In this document: piece by piece, positions 37,875 to 52,714 of the stretch
How positions within the stretch are numbered: position 1 is the first letter of the stretch
Layout of the letters: each line of letters begins with the position of its first letter
From: Octopus bimaculoides
Lineage: Eukaryota
Reading direction: 5' to 3'
DNA length: 64,000 nt
NCBI RefSeq assembly: GCF_001194135.2
Contig: NC_069003.1
Location: 32,087,181 to 32,151,180, forward strand
Made by a program: the position numbers and the translations under genes
The notes under the pieces: generated by a model
What the model saw: only the letters and a program-made list of their open reading frames with translations
What the model was told of the DNA's origin: nothing
Database searches by the model: none

Positions 37875-40800
37875 CTAACCATTCTGGATCAGAACAGACC
37901 TAGGATTATTGGTAATTAAGGGGTGACTTCATGCTCCCCACAACTCCAGAACTCCCAAGCTGGAGTTTCACCATCGAATAAAAGAACTCTCTATACTTAC
38001 TCGATTATCATCATACATCTGTTTTCCCTGCTGGCATGGGTTGAATATTTCAACAAGAATTGATGAGGTAGAGGACTGTGCCAAGCTCCAGTGTCTACTT
38101 TGGCATAGTTTCTACTGTTGGATGTCTCTCCTGACACCAATCACTTCAGAGATTGTACTGGGTGCTTTTTTTCATAGCGCCAGCACTATATTGCATTACT
38201 GTCATTGATGAAAGTTATGTTTTTGCAACATTAATATTGAAATGTGATAAATAGGAGTGTTTATTGTGTTCTTTTTGCTTAGTTCCATGTCATTCTTGAT
38301 CAGACCTGTTAATCCAGATAGAACCATCTACCGTCATTCTTCTCAGAAACACTATATTATATGGGTTTACGAAGGGTAAATACCCAGAAACTCAAGTCCG
38401 TACGTATCACGTCAGATTGATGATGGGAAGGATGCCTTCCCATTGAAAATACTGACAGGGCACAGAAAATGTGTCAATAGCCAGCTGGAGGAGATGTTCT
38501 CCTGGGGCTAAAAGCAACAGTAGCATCCACCCTTAGGGTCTAGCCACATTTAAGTGGCAAATATACTTCACGTCGTGCAGTTACTGTTTGTTCCTCGTTC
38601 AGAGATTTAACATTGATTATATTATATGGGTTTACATTATTCTCCATATAGTCCATTTTTTTTTGTTTTTAAGAAAGGAAGCTTGACTTTGAGGGTGATT
38701 TGTCTACAACTTTTATCAGGTTGTGCAAACATATACAGAAGCCCATATTGTTCCCCCGCCCCCTACTGTATGATGTTAGCTCTGCACAGTTTCCACCTGT
38801 CAAGTTTTACTCTGAAGTGTTATCGTCTAACTTGAAGCTATGATAGAAGATATTTGCAAAGGTGGTGTGAATTGGAATTGAACCTGGAATCACATGGTTG
38901 CAAAGTGGACCTTTGTAGTTGCCTGACCGCATACACACATCTTTCTCTCTAACTTTATTTCTCTCTCTTCACACACACATATATATATATATGTATACAA
39001 AGAATTTTGAATAAAATATATTAATTTTTATATGTTATTGTGTTTTATACAAAAATTCCCTGTTGATTGATTTAAAATGTTTTGTATCTTTTCCAGTTTA
39101 AATGGATCTCATTTTAACATATCTCTTAATTGAGATAATTATATGTATCTAGGCAGTTCTTTCTGGAAACTTCTGGAGCCATGAATATACTTCATGTTTA
39201 GTTGGATGAACAAGAAGCTAGCATAGTGTATTCGACTACAATAGTCATTAGTATAAACTGAAAAGAGCTGTGTTGAAATTTTATGCTATGTTCTGGAAAA
39301 TTCTGAGATTTTTCTCTTTTCTTTTCGCTTTATATTTTATTTATCTATTTTTTGATACATATTTCTCGGTAGGGCATCTGTAAATTTCATATCGATAAAT
39401 TTTCTCTGATTTATTTATTCATTATTATATATTTTTTTTTTGTGTTTTGTGTTTGGCTTCTGAACACAAAAGGTTAGTGAAAGATCAATAGAAAATTAAG
39501 AGCTGTGTTACCTCAAGCTGTCTGAATTCCTGAAAAATATTATTGGAGGATTAATGATCATAAAGAATAAGAAAAATAACAGAAAATAAATAGTATAATG
39601 TACAAAACCAAAGGCCATTGGAGTATCCAATAAAAGTGGTATTGATCTCTTTAAGGTTCCTTTTATAAAACTGCCATTGTATATTGTGTGCTTGGTTGGC
39701 TTAATTGATGTGTTTTTAGTTTTTATTCAATTGAATTTTATGGTTTAAACTTTTATGATTATTGTATTGTCTCATGCGTCAATTAAAATTTTATTAACTT
39801 TTTATGTAAAAAAAGTAGAAATAATTCTGTATAATTTAGGCTTTCAGATTGTATGAATATTTTGGATAAATATTGATAAAATTGCTATAGTTGAAAGAAC
39901 TATGCTTTTTCCTTTTATAGAAAATCCTATTTCTTGATATGTTACTACAAGTTAGTCTGTATTACTTCAGAATATAAAATGTAACTTCTCAATTTAAATG
40001 ATTGTAGTTATTTAATATTCTGTAAAAAAAAAAAAAAATCTTCAGTTGAAGTGCTTTGCAGTTGATAGTTCTATTTTTTTTCTTTTTCTTTTTCTATCAA
40101 TAATATAATTGCTGTTGCTTTTGTTTGTAAAAGCTCTTCTCATAGTACTTTTATCTTGGCTATTAAAATGGAGTCCACTTTAAATTGTGGGAAAAAAATG
40201 TGTAGTTTTTTCTGATTTTAGTGTGATATTTGCAAATGACTAAAAATAAGCATGTTTTAGATGTTTTAGATAAAGGCATGTTTTAGTTATATAAATATTT
40301 TTAGGTATATGAATATGGTTTATACATGTATGTTTTAGTTAGATAAACATGTTGCTTCTACATACACACACACACAAAACATATTCTAGACATAAATATT
40401 TGAAAGATATGAATATGGTCTAGACATTTAGATATATGAGCACATACTGTGTGAATAATCATGGGCTGTAACACCTTTTGAGCATTCTTTTTCCTGGTAG
40501 TCTCTCGAGTTTGAGAAAGACAATCGTGTTGTATGGTCATCATGTATGGATGTTCATGTGACTTCAGTAGGCTGAAGTCAGATGCACAGATAAAGGAGAT
40601 ACAGATGTACAACGCAAAGACCTGTGCATGAAAATGTTATAGTGGGGAAAGCCTTGGCATAGAGACACTCTCTGTTGACCTTATCCGTCAGGGTCCACTA
40701 GCATGGAGATAGTTATGAATGGTGGCCTTTCTGGCTGCAGGAATTGCTGGCCAATAGGCTGGTATGGTCCTTTTCATTGACTTCTTCTCCAGGTTAATTC

Positions 40801-41131
40801 CTGTAGTCTATACAATAGCTGAATGTAACTTTAAGGCTGCAGAGGTTTTATATCAATTTTCCCTCTCCAACCTTTTGATCATAAGGCTGCTCAATCAGGG
40901 ATGACCTAGGGCTAAAATCTGACAACACTGGTACAGTTGAAATGAACAATTTTTGGAGAGTAATAACTTTGAATTAAAAACTGATACAGGGGCAAAAAAT
41001 CTGGAATGGCAAGCATACTGTAGTGTACCTGTTAATATATTGTTGACTTGTAAGCATTAGATGCATGATTCATCTTATGTCAGTGAGCCTGTTTCTCTTT
41101 TCTGTCTCATATTGAGGTTTATAAAGTCTCA

Positions 41132-41592
41132 TCATCATCATTTAACATCCATTGTCCATGCTGGCATGGGTTGGACAGTTTGACCAGGGCTGGCCAGCTG
41201 GAGGGCTGCACCAGACTTCAGTCTGATGTGGTGTGGTTTCTATGGCTGGATGTCCTTCCTAACGCCAACCACTTCAAGAGTGTAATGGGTGCTTTTATGT
41301 GCCACTGGCATGACACCAGTTTTAAGCCAAGTAAAATCACAGCTGTGAAGTTGTGAATTTACTTGGCTTGATGGGTCTTCTTAAGCACGGCATAATACCA
41401 AAGGTCTTAGTCATTTATCATTGCCTCCGTGAAGTCTTACACTTGAAAGGTGCTTTTGATGTGCCACTGATATTAGCCATCTTGCCTCCGTTAGACCCAA
41501 TGCTCAAAAGGTGCTTTTTATGTGCCACCAGCATGGGTGCCAGTTAAGTGACACCAACATCAGCTACAACTATTATTTCACTTGGCTTGACT
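41132..41592 (-). mobile_element. Family C retroposon with internal repeated ggtgcttttatgtgccac units
   Basis: 3' end tcatcatcatttaacatccattgtccatgctggc; unit recurs near 41288, 41449 and 41510. Confidence 0.72.
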
Positions 41593-42323
41593 TCATTTAC
41601 ATAAAATTCTATACAATTAAATCCTAAATTGTGTCTCAATTATAATGTACTGTGGTAAAACAAGTGATTGTTAGCGTGGATCCTGATGGGGTGGTAGTGA
41701 TGGGGAGTGCTAATGAGCTCAAAATAATAAGTTCTCAGCTGGTGAAATGAAGCGGTGAAAATCTGGTGTTAGAAGCATGTAAATATGGTTAACTTTTATC
41801 TGCAGAAGTATATTGCCTATGTATTTCTGTAAGTTTTGAAAATAACCAAGAATTTGGTTGCATTTAATGTAATAACTAACTTTTACATTTATTCCCATAT
41901 CAAATGTTTGGAACATAATATTAAGGTTCTTACATAGAATTATGATAGTTTTATATTGAAATAAGAACACTTTAACCTTTTGACTACAAAATAAAATTTT
42001 ACGATTATTCTGGTAATGATGTTAAATGTTTACCAAAAATAGTTGTTTTTTTTCTGCAAGTCTTGTTGCCTCAATAAACTTGACATATCTCTACAAAAAA
42101 TTATTTCAAACATGACATTCCTCAACATAAGATAAATTGGTGTAAAAACTGCCTTCCACATTTGATGGTAATGAAATTTTGAGTGGATGTATCTGATTTC
42201 CACAGTGAAAGATTTAAAATGAGAAGTTTGTATTAGAGAAAGAGAGGTGATTTCAAACACGATTTTTTTCTTTTACCATTTAGTTGGAGAAAAGGGCAGT
42301 GTCCATGGCCTTTATATTTTCAG

Positions 42324-42399
42324 GACATTTAAAACTGGTAGGAGAAAGAAAGGAAATGATCCTCAAGCTTGGAGACATTATCAGGATGCTTGCAACAAG
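42324..42399 (+). CDS. Candidate internal coding exon (W-TFKTGRRKKGNDPQAWRHYQDACNK), gene unidentified
   Basis: Strong acceptor ctttatattttcAG|G and donor AAG|gtgagc; 76 nt, open, non-repetitive; phase 2 to phase 0. Confidence 0.6.
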
Positions 42400-43324
42400 G
42401 TGAGCTGCTAAAAGCACTCAGGGACCAAGTAGTGGTGTTAAACTGGGTGATGGATTAACCCTTTAGAATTTAAACTGGCCATATCTGGCCCAAATATTCT
42501 ACCTGTATTGTGTGAAAACCAGCTAGATCTAGCCTTTCACACCTTTACAATGTCATTTTAAAAATAAACAAGCAATCATCTCATCAAGATCTCAAAGCTA
42601 TGAGGAAAGCCATGATTAATTCAAAACAATGTAAATAAATAAGCATTTGCTAAAATCCTTAGAACAGAGCTAGAACAAACATTGTAAAGCATCTTATATA
42701 ATAATAATGAAATTATTGTATACAGTGCTCAGGTGCACTACAGCTTGTCAAAAGTGTGTATAAAGCATATGCAGTAATGTGTTGACAAAAATCTTGAAGT
42801 GTTTTTGCAAAGCTCTTCCTCAGAGAGAGAGAGAGAGATTTTAAAAATTCTTTTATAACACTGAGAATATATAACTGTGAGGCAGAGGAGAAAAAGATAA
42901 GATGAAGGCACAAGCAAAGAAGTGGATAACCAGGCAAAAATGGTGTTAATAGGTGGTCAGCATCTAGAGTGTCAAAGTGGTTATTAGAAGAGTGATGAGT
43001 TAAACAGACTGAATCCTATTGCAGACATGGAGTTGGCTAGGAGGGGTGGTTGTGCTAAAAAGTAAAACAGATATTGGAGTTTTTTAAGTATATAAACACA
43101 CACACATACTATACACAAACATGAAAAGTGGCTGTTTCCATTGCAATTTCTTTTGAGGAGACAGGCTAAGAAAAACAACAAAAAAAAGTCTGTTTTACAT
43201 CTTACTGCTTTGAAATATTTGAATAAATAATGTAAGTAGTATTTGCAAATATTAGTTAAGGTCAAATATTGTGCGAGGAGACCTATAACTTTGAGTTTAA
43301 ATCTCTTCTTTCCAAAGAAGTGCT

Positions 43325-43540
43325 TTAACCCTTTAACATTCAAATTACTCTGCTCATTTATTGATACTGTTTTGAATTAATCAGGTTTTGTCTCATACCT
43401 TTGAGATTTCAATGATGTTATTGCCTATTTTTAGAATGATATTATAGGGTAGGTGTGAGAGGCCAGATCTGTCCAGTTTGAACATAAAACTGGGGGCATA
43501 TTTGGGTTGGATATGGCCAGTTTAAATGCTAAAGGGTTAA
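43325..43540. mobile_element. piggyBac-type MITE family 1, best-preserved copy
   Basis: TTAACCCTTTAaCATT ... AATGCTAAAGGGTTAA. Confidence 0.85.
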
Positions 43541-43707
43541 ATGAAATGTCTCCACCGTCAACATCCTCAGCTTTAAACTTGTGATCTTTTGTTAATAATT
43601 TTTTCAATGATTACCATTACTAGTTTCCAAACGAACGACTAAGCCTATATGTGATTGATTGACCAGCTAGAAATAGCGAAATTTCCCTCCTGTCACACTC
43701 TGTTGCC

Positions 43708-43927
43708 GTAACCTTTTTGTTACCATTTTTCTGTTACACCCTCTTTATTTCAAATTTTCGAAAAAATAAGAATTTACTAAAATATCTTGGTCATTAGCAA
43801 GCTGGTAATTGGAACATAAATCAACATGGAATTTTAATGGGATATTTTAATTTAGATCACTTTATATAGAAAGTGTGTATCATAGAAGCAGGATTAGTAT
43901 TGGTCAAATTGATATCAAAAGAGTTAA
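43708..43927. mobile_element. piggyBac-type MITE family 2
   Basis: taacctttttgttacc...gatatcaaaagagttaa; homologous to 7350-7568. Confidence 0.6.
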
Positions 43928-44329
43928 AAATAATGGGAGGACACTTTGAAAAGCATAGGCCTATATTTCTGAAAACAAGACAGTGCAGTTCACGACTGGA
44001 ACAGATCTGCTCAATTAAGGTGGACCTGAGGCTAAACGTTGACATCTAGTTTCTTCAGATGATAATTTAGATCTTCTATAAAATTTATTTAGAATTTCTA
44101 TAAATGGTTTCTGTACCAGAAGCCATAATTGATATGGAATAACTACTACTAGAATACTGATCAAATAAAGAAAACATATCCCCCCAACTAACTCAGCATG
44201 TGTGTTCTATTTATGGACTCAAGGTCATGGATGTAAAGGCTGCCCTTAAAACTGCCTCTAACCAAACAAAGTAACAGCATATATCTTACATCTTCTTGCC
44301 TTGAGATACTGGAATTAACACCATAAATA

Positions 44330-44582
44330 TTTACAAATTTGGATAGCTCACAGGAAAGACTCACAAGATGGGTTCTTCAAGCTGAGCCAACTGGCAGGAG
44401 ATGTAGGGGTAGACCGAGAGCAAATGGATTGATAATAATATCCAGTCTCAGTTGGTCACACTTGGGAATCCAGCCAGAGAGTCTAATGGCAGTTGCTTCA
44501 GATAGGACCCTGTGTAGGAGGTGTCTGAGGAATTTACCCTCACACCCTCCTGGGAATAGTGGACAGAAAAGATGGATGGATG
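44330..44582 (+). mobile_element. RTE LINE (Expander/Rex3-like) 3' end with (GATG)n tail
   Basis: ERLTRWVLQAEPTGRRCRGRPR...SLSWSHLGIQPESLMAVASDR, ending gatggatggatg. Confidence 0.8.
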
Positions 44583-45180
44583 TGTCTCTATGCTGTTGGA
44601 GAGGCATGTTGTCTAAATTGTGTGGAATTTCTCACTCTCAAGAAAGGTTTTATATTCACTGGCATCTGCATTCATGCCTTTTTACGACATTGGAAATAAT
44701 CCAAATTTGTGATCGGCACTAGTTTCAAAGACTGTTTTTTTGATCTAGTTAGGTTTGCTCAGATTTACTTAACATATTCATACCACCCATGATGGTCCCA
44801 TATAGCAGGGGTCCTCAACCACCAGGCTATGGACCAGTAGCAGACTGTCGATCATTTGCTTCTAAACTGCACCCCTTTTTATATTTATAGAGGTTATGCA
44901 TTCTTGTGAATCATTTTAGACATGCAACGTAGTAGTAATTGAGATCCAAAATTTTGTGCGACTCCATTAAACATTGGGGGCAGTGAATTTTTTACTTTCA
45001 AATTCCCGCTAAAGCAGCCTGTGTTTATAGTAATTTCACACTCGCATTACTAGCACCATAGCTGATCTGCTTATGACGGCTGGGAACTGTTTGCTTATGA
45101 CAGCATCTGTTTGTCAGAAAGAAGGTATCTTGTTCAAGAATATTGAATATATATATATGTGTATGTATTTATGAGTGTGT

Positions 45181-45260
45181 GTATATCTAAATGTATGTGT
45201 GTATATCTAAATGTATGTGTGTATATCTAAATGTATGTGTGTATATCTAAATGTATGTGT
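45181..45260. repeat. Four perfect 20-bp tandem units gtatatctaaatgtatgtgt
   Basis: Direct reading. Confidence 0.95.
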
Positions 45261-45309
45261 GTATTTATGAGTATATGTACATATGCATCTGTATGTGTGT
45301 AAGTGTGTG

Positions 45310-45346
<37 letters not shown>

Positions 45347-46367
45347 CTCTATATATATATCTGAATATATAGCATAACTTACCTTATGTTAACTTCTTTC
45401 AGTTGTTTTACATTAATATCTATGTATTCATTCTGGGTTTCCACACAGTTTGTCTCCTGAATCCCACCCACAGAGGCATTGCTTAACCCAATGATAAAAG
45501 AGCTTACCCAAGGTACCACTCAGTGGGGAAGGGAATTAAACTTGAAACCACATGGTTGCAAAGTAAACTTCCTAACCCCATGGGCATACTAACTTTTCTT
45601 CAACTATTTGTAGTTTAAACAGCTTTACTGTTAGATGATAATAATGATTTGGTAAGGTGGCTTAGAAAAGATGATTGTCTTGGAAAGACTAACATATCTT
45701 ACAGAAAGATCTGAAATCCATTTATAATTAGATCCTTCTCTATCCATTAAGGTGATATTCATTTGTGATAAATTCTAAGCTGACAGAGAAGAGCTTCTCC
45801 ATGGTAGCTTAACCTGCTTGAAATATAGTAACCAAATCTCCCTCAATTCATGCCCTTACTATCTTAAAGAACAAAACAAAAAAGGGAGAAAAATATTGGG
45901 TAATGGTGTTCTAAATACAATTATGCCTGAAAAAATAAAATAAAATAAAAGGTTTTTACTTTATTTGTAAATCTGCTGAGTGTATTTTCTAGTAGTGTTC
46001 AAATTGTGTAACACTTTTCATCATTTGTCTTTCCCCATCTTCCCCTCATCTTGGGGGTGAGGGACCTAAGCTATTTGACCTACTTATCTTCCACTTTTAT
46101 CTCTGCAACAATTTATAGTCTAAACAGCTTTTCTGTTAGATCATTCACAGATGATAATGTTGCCTCCGGTACTGGTGTAGATATGCGACTTGGAAAAGAT
46201 AAAGTCTTCGAAAGAGGAATATATCTAGTAATCTCTGAATTTTATATCTAACTGAATCTTTCTCTTCTAATAAAGTTGTTGTTGTTTAACCCGAAGCTCG
46301 TCATGTGCTTGCCTATCATTTAAGGCCTTCCAGCATTGATCATGCTATTCTATTAATTAAAATAAAA

Positions 46368-46407
<40 letters not shown>

Positions 46408-46421
46408 CTCATCATCTTCAT

Positions 46422-46641
46422 TTAACCTTTTAGTATTCAGTTTATTCTATCAAATATAATGTTTGTTTATTTATATTGTTGAATTAAACATGCATTATCT
46501 TGTAGTTTAGAGATTTTGATAATGTGATTATTTAGTTTTGGAATGTATGGTTGAGGTAAGAGGCTGGATCTTGCGAATTTCAACATAAAACAAGTTAACT
46601 ATTTTGGCTGGATATGGCTGGTTTGAATGCTGAAGGGTTAA
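46422..46641. mobile_element. piggyBac-type MITE family 1
   Basis: ttaaccttttagtattcag...gctgaagggttaa. Confidence 0.78.
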
Positions 46642-46644
46642 TGT

Positions 46645-47004
46645 TTACTTTTCCATGCTTGTATAGATCAAATAGATTCTCTGTTGAAATCGATTCTCTA
46701 CATTCAGATGCCCTTCCAGTCACCAACCCTCACCTGTTTCTAAGCAAAGCAATATTTCCTGATGCCCAGACATGGAAGATTGGAAATAAGCTACATTGCT
46801 TGTATGACAATGATGTTCATTCACAATCATCACATGATGTCAAAACAAGGTTATATATACATACATACATACATACACAACAGGCTTCTTTCAGTTTCTG
46901 TTTACCAAATCCACTAACAAAGCTTTCTTCAGCCTAAGGCTGAGGTGCAGTGCAGTGGACCTGAATCTAACACCATATAGTTGGGAACCAACCGTTCTCA
47001 CAGT

Positions 47005-47005
<1 letters not shown>
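46645..47005 (-). mobile_element. Second A/C hybrid SINE
   Basis: C-like tail, (TACA)n, then caggcttctttcagtttc CORE and a decayed head. Confidence 0.68.
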
Positions 47006-48274
<1,269 letters not shown>

Positions 48275-50025
48275 GATGATGTTGTTAATGCTATTAGATG
48301 CTTGTTAGAAGCAGCTATGAACAGCGCACTACTCATTAACACATGCTACCTGTTGTTTACTCTCAAGTCAACACTTGTTGATCAACAGGCTTATGATCAG
48401 AAATGTTAGTTAACATCCCAATTTTTGTCTCTGTATATTATATACCAGACAAAATAAACCAGAGTGCCTCTCCTCTAGTAAGATGGTAGGGTGTGACTTA
48501 AAGGAGTTTTGACTGCTATTTCTAGCATGCCAATTAAGGAGATTTGGTTAATATTTTATTAAGATGGTAGTGTGCTCAGTTGTCTGAGTTCGACCCTGCT
48601 TACTGTGTTCTCTTCACTGAGGATCTGGCTGGGTTGACGGCTCGTGTTGGTTGACCATATGCCACATGTTCACAGCAGATGAGGAGGTATCTTGCAAAGA
48701 TGAGGACTGACTGGGGCCCTACTTGATCGGTAGCTTGTGTGGACCTTGGGGATATACTGGAAAATGGTGAATGCAGTAACAAACATCCTGCAACAGGTCA
48801 CAACCCCCACAGCTGACCCTGACCTGATGCGATTTAAAGGGGTTTTGGTTTGCTGTTTCTAGCATGTAATTAAGGCAGATTTGGCTAGTGTTTCCAGCAT
48901 ATCTGTTTAGGGGAGATTTGGCTAATATTTGGTGGGGTATGATTTAATATTTGGTATGGCTAATATTTGATGGGGCAGAGGGACTGACACGGGACCGCCA
49001 GCAATAGAGAGCAGTGGTGGGCCTGACTAGCTCTGCTCATGATTATGTCTTTAGGGATCACTACCCTGGTTTGACCCCAGCCTCATCAAGCAAGAGCATG
49101 AAGTAAACAAAACAATTTAAAGGGGTTTTGGCTGCTATATCTAGGATATCAATTAAGGGAGATTTGGCTAGTATTTCTAGCATGCTGAGCAACCATATAG
49201 AGACTCACTCATAATTGGCTCCTAATACATACTAGTAGTAAAGCAAAATGGCATAGTTTGTGGGTGGGGAAACACAGGTAAATAGTAGTTTTCTATTTTA
49301 TCTCATTCATACTCTCACATCTTTCTGCATCAGCTGCTGCCTCCACCGTTCGTCTCTCTCTCACCTGGCATGTTGCTTTCTCAAATAATATTCAGAAGAC
49401 CTTTGTGATTGTAAGGTGATGGGGGGGGGGATGTTAGTATCTGTGATGAATGTGGTGGTGGTGGTGGTGGTGGTGGTGGTGGCAGTGGTGCAATTGAAAA
49501 GAAATGTAGTGGGTTGTTTACATAAGGACTATGCTTGTGATTGTTTCATGTCTCTGTTGTATAAATATAAGTTTTACTGTGGGAGATTGGTGCGAGGGAT
49601 TGCGTGTGACTTCTGAAAAGTGTGTGTGTGTGTTATTCTCAGTGTGACTGTGTGAATTTTTCAAAGCACTGTGTGAGTCTGTGTGTGTGTTGATTGTGTG
49701 AAGTTCTGAAGTGTTTGTAATCTTGTGTGAGTTCTGGTATATTTTTGAGTTTTTGAAAGGTGTGTGTGTGTATGAGTGAGTATGCTTGTATATATATATA
49801 CGTGTGTGATTGTGTGAGTTTTTCAAGGTGTATTTATTTTTGTGCATAATTATGAGTTCCAAAAGGTGTGCATATGTGTGACTGTGTCTGGGGCATTGTT
49901 TTTATAGTCTGTATACTATGCTTTTGTTCATGTTATATGGTATGTAAGTATTTTTTGTATGTACATTTTCCCCCCATCACTTCCATTCCATGTCTGTTAT
50001 GTGTGTCTCTCTCAGATGTTGTAAT

Positions 50026-50073
<48 letters not shown>

Positions 50074-50586
50074 CATTTGTCTATGTGTTTCAGGTGATTT
50101 AGTATGTGTAAGTGTCTAATAAGTATTGTCTTATAATTGCATTGTTTACCTGTCTCCAACGTAAGTGAGCATACGTGTGGGGGTATGTAGTATGTATGTG
50201 GGTGTCCTGCTCTGTATGTTGTAGTTGTTGTGGTTTAGTCTTAGGTCCAATTTAACTGAACAACTCTATGATCAAAAGCATTCCTGCCATAGCTGTCTCA
50301 TCTTGTTTTTCTAGATTAATATTACCTGATGTGTACTTATGTGAGAATGTATTTTTAAAGAAATTTAGTTGCTATTTCTAACAGGTTGAGCAACCACAAA
50401 GAGACTCTTTTATTTATTTATTTCTTTTTTTTTGTTAAGCATCATTTACATGTTTAGTTAATACTGGAGGTTCCAGATTTGTCGTTGGGTCCCAGGACAG
50501 CTTTGCTGATCCAGCAGCTTTAAGGAAAAGACATGCGAGCCATGATGATCCTGTTTTTATTTTACAGATATTGTATATCTAGGACT

Positions 50587-50972
50587 GTGTAGGCGCAATG
50601 GCCCAGTGGTTAGGGCAGCGGACTCGCGGTCATAGGATCGCGGTTTCAATTCCCAGACCGGGCGTTGTGAGTGTTTATTGAGCGAAAAACACCTAAAAGC
50701 TCCACGAGGCTCCGGCAGGGGATGGTGGCGAACCCTGCTGTACTCTTGCACCACAACTTTCTCTCACTCTTTCTTCCTGTTTCTGTTGTGCCTGTAATGC
50801 AAAAGGGTCAGCCTTGTCACACTGTGTCACGCTGAATATCCCCGAGAACTACGTTAAGGGTACACGTGTCTGTGGAGTGCTCAGCCACTTGCACGTTAAT
50901 TTCACGAGCAGGCTGTTCTGTTGATCGGATCGACTGGAACCCTCGACGTCGTAAGCGACGGAGTGCCAACAC
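50587..50972 (+). mobile_element. Full-length young tRNA(Arg-like)-headed SINE family F with 12-bp TSD
   Basis: A/B boxes, CpG-rich body, ATATCTAGGACT at 50575-50586 and 50973-50984; inserted in a family D element. Confidence 0.92.
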
Positions 50973-51164
50973 ATATCTAGGACTACATTGTTTCATACTG
51001 GTAAAGTATGATTTGAGGAGAACTTGCTTTCTACTTCTAGAAGATTAAGCAACCATATAGAGGCTCTCCTGTTAGTTTGTTGTATTGTGGTTTAATACTA
51101 TATCAGCTTTGAACAAGCAGATCTAATTTTTATTTTATTTTGGTTCTGGTTTCCACCTTGTCCT

Positions 51165-51330
51165 CAAAAACAAAGCTATTCTGCCAAGCCTTTTAATCCA
51201 CCATCACCACCTTCAGTCTATGGATGGAATCCAATTCTGTGTCCTCCTTCAGGTTGTCAATAAATGTCAGATGTCTCCCACACCTGCCAATACCATGCTG
51301 TGGGTCTCAGAGCACAAGTTTTGGTGATGC
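51165..51330 (-). mobile_element. RTE LINE C-terminal fragment
   Basis: Frame-shifted minus-strand relic with PQHG and TFIDNLKEDTELDSI..L..VM segments. Confidence 0.6.
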
Positions 51331-52714
51331 TTCATCTCTGTGATCAAAGGTAATCCATGATGATCATGGTTTTTTTTTCCCCTCCTGAGTGTTCATCCAG
51401 AACAGCATACATTAGCTAATGTAATTGTTTCCTTTTAAGACAAAAATGGATGTTAGAATGGAGAGATTTCGGTTGCTGTTTTTAGCAAGTTAGGTGACCT
51501 CATAGGCTCCCTGTGACCTGACATGGGGAGACATCATTCTCTGATCTTGTTGGTCACTTTTGGAAGGCTTCCATAGAGATACTCATTGTTCATGTTATTC
51601 CAACTGTGACCACCTCATCTGTTTCTGTATATCAAAACTATGTTGTCCAATGTGCCCCATTTTTTCTCTTTTTTTTTTTAAGAAGGCCAGGTGTAATTTG
51701 AGTGGAGATTTGACTGCTATTCCTCACCAGTGAAGCAAATGCCTAGAGGTCTGCTTTGTTAGCTTGTTAATTTAAATTGTAATTATATTTGGTCATTTAG
51801 ATTGCTTCTTTGTAAGACACTTTGGGAGAATATTTTTTTTTTTAACCAGGAAATATTTTGTGGGAAAAAATTGTTGTCTCTCATTGAATAATGATTGGTA
51901 ATCAATGTTATTTTTATTTTTAATAATAATGTAATTTGGAAATTTATGCAATCATGTAATTGCATTTTACAATTATTTGCTAGTTCGTTGTGCAAGATGA
52001 TATGAGAGTTGTTATTCATTGTTTATATTCGTTAATGTGTTTGTTTTATTCTTTTTTTGCTTTTATTAATGTTGTGGTTATTGTTTAGCCCTAGGCTAAC
52101 ATTGGTTGTGTAGAACTGTGATCAAAGGTATTTCATTCAGCTGTAACTATAATTGTTTGTTTTTTTTAATGCAAATAGTTTGCATTCTACAATGTACCCT
52201 TTCTTTCTTTTAAAGATGTTTGAGTATATTTCGGGGGAGATTTGGCTGCTATTTCTAGCATGTCAAGTTGCCATATAGTGGTTCTCCCTTGTTAACTCAG
52301 TTTTTGCTGTTGATTAGATCCTGGTCAGCCTTGAACAAACAACCCTGTGATCAAAGGTATTCTAGTGAGGATCATGGTTTTTTACCCTCTCAGTGTTCAT
52401 CCAGAACACCCTACATTAGCTAATGTAGCTGTCTCCTTTTAAAACATAAAGGATATTATAAAGGAGAGATTTGGGATCAGCACATAGACTCCCTAACATC
52501 ATCATTTAGTGTCCATTTTCTATGCTGGTATGGGTTAGATGGTTTGACTGGAACTGGTAAGCTGGAGAGCCGTACCAAGTTCCAGTCTGATTTGGCTCAG
52601 TTTCTATAGCTTGATGCCCTTCCTAATGCCAACCACTCCAAGAGTGTAGTGGGTGTCTTTTATGTGTTAGCGGCACAGGTGCCTTTTACATGTCACCAGC
52701 GCATAGAGCTGGGC

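Larger units (their letters stand above)
48340..52490 (-). mobile_element. Cluster of about 9 co-oriented family D retroposon fragments
   Basis: Shared gggagatttggctgctatttctagca and tgatcaaagg.attcc motifs near 48340, 48800, 49100, 50220, 50530, 51330, 51590, 52080 and 52300; polarity inferred from a reverse-strand (CAA)n-like end. Confidence 0.65.

Noticed and set aside
50592-50665. tRNA-Arg-like sequence (also 640-712)
   Set aside because: Acceptor stem does not pair and the sequence runs into a repeated SINE body with a TSD; it is a SINE head, not a tRNA gene
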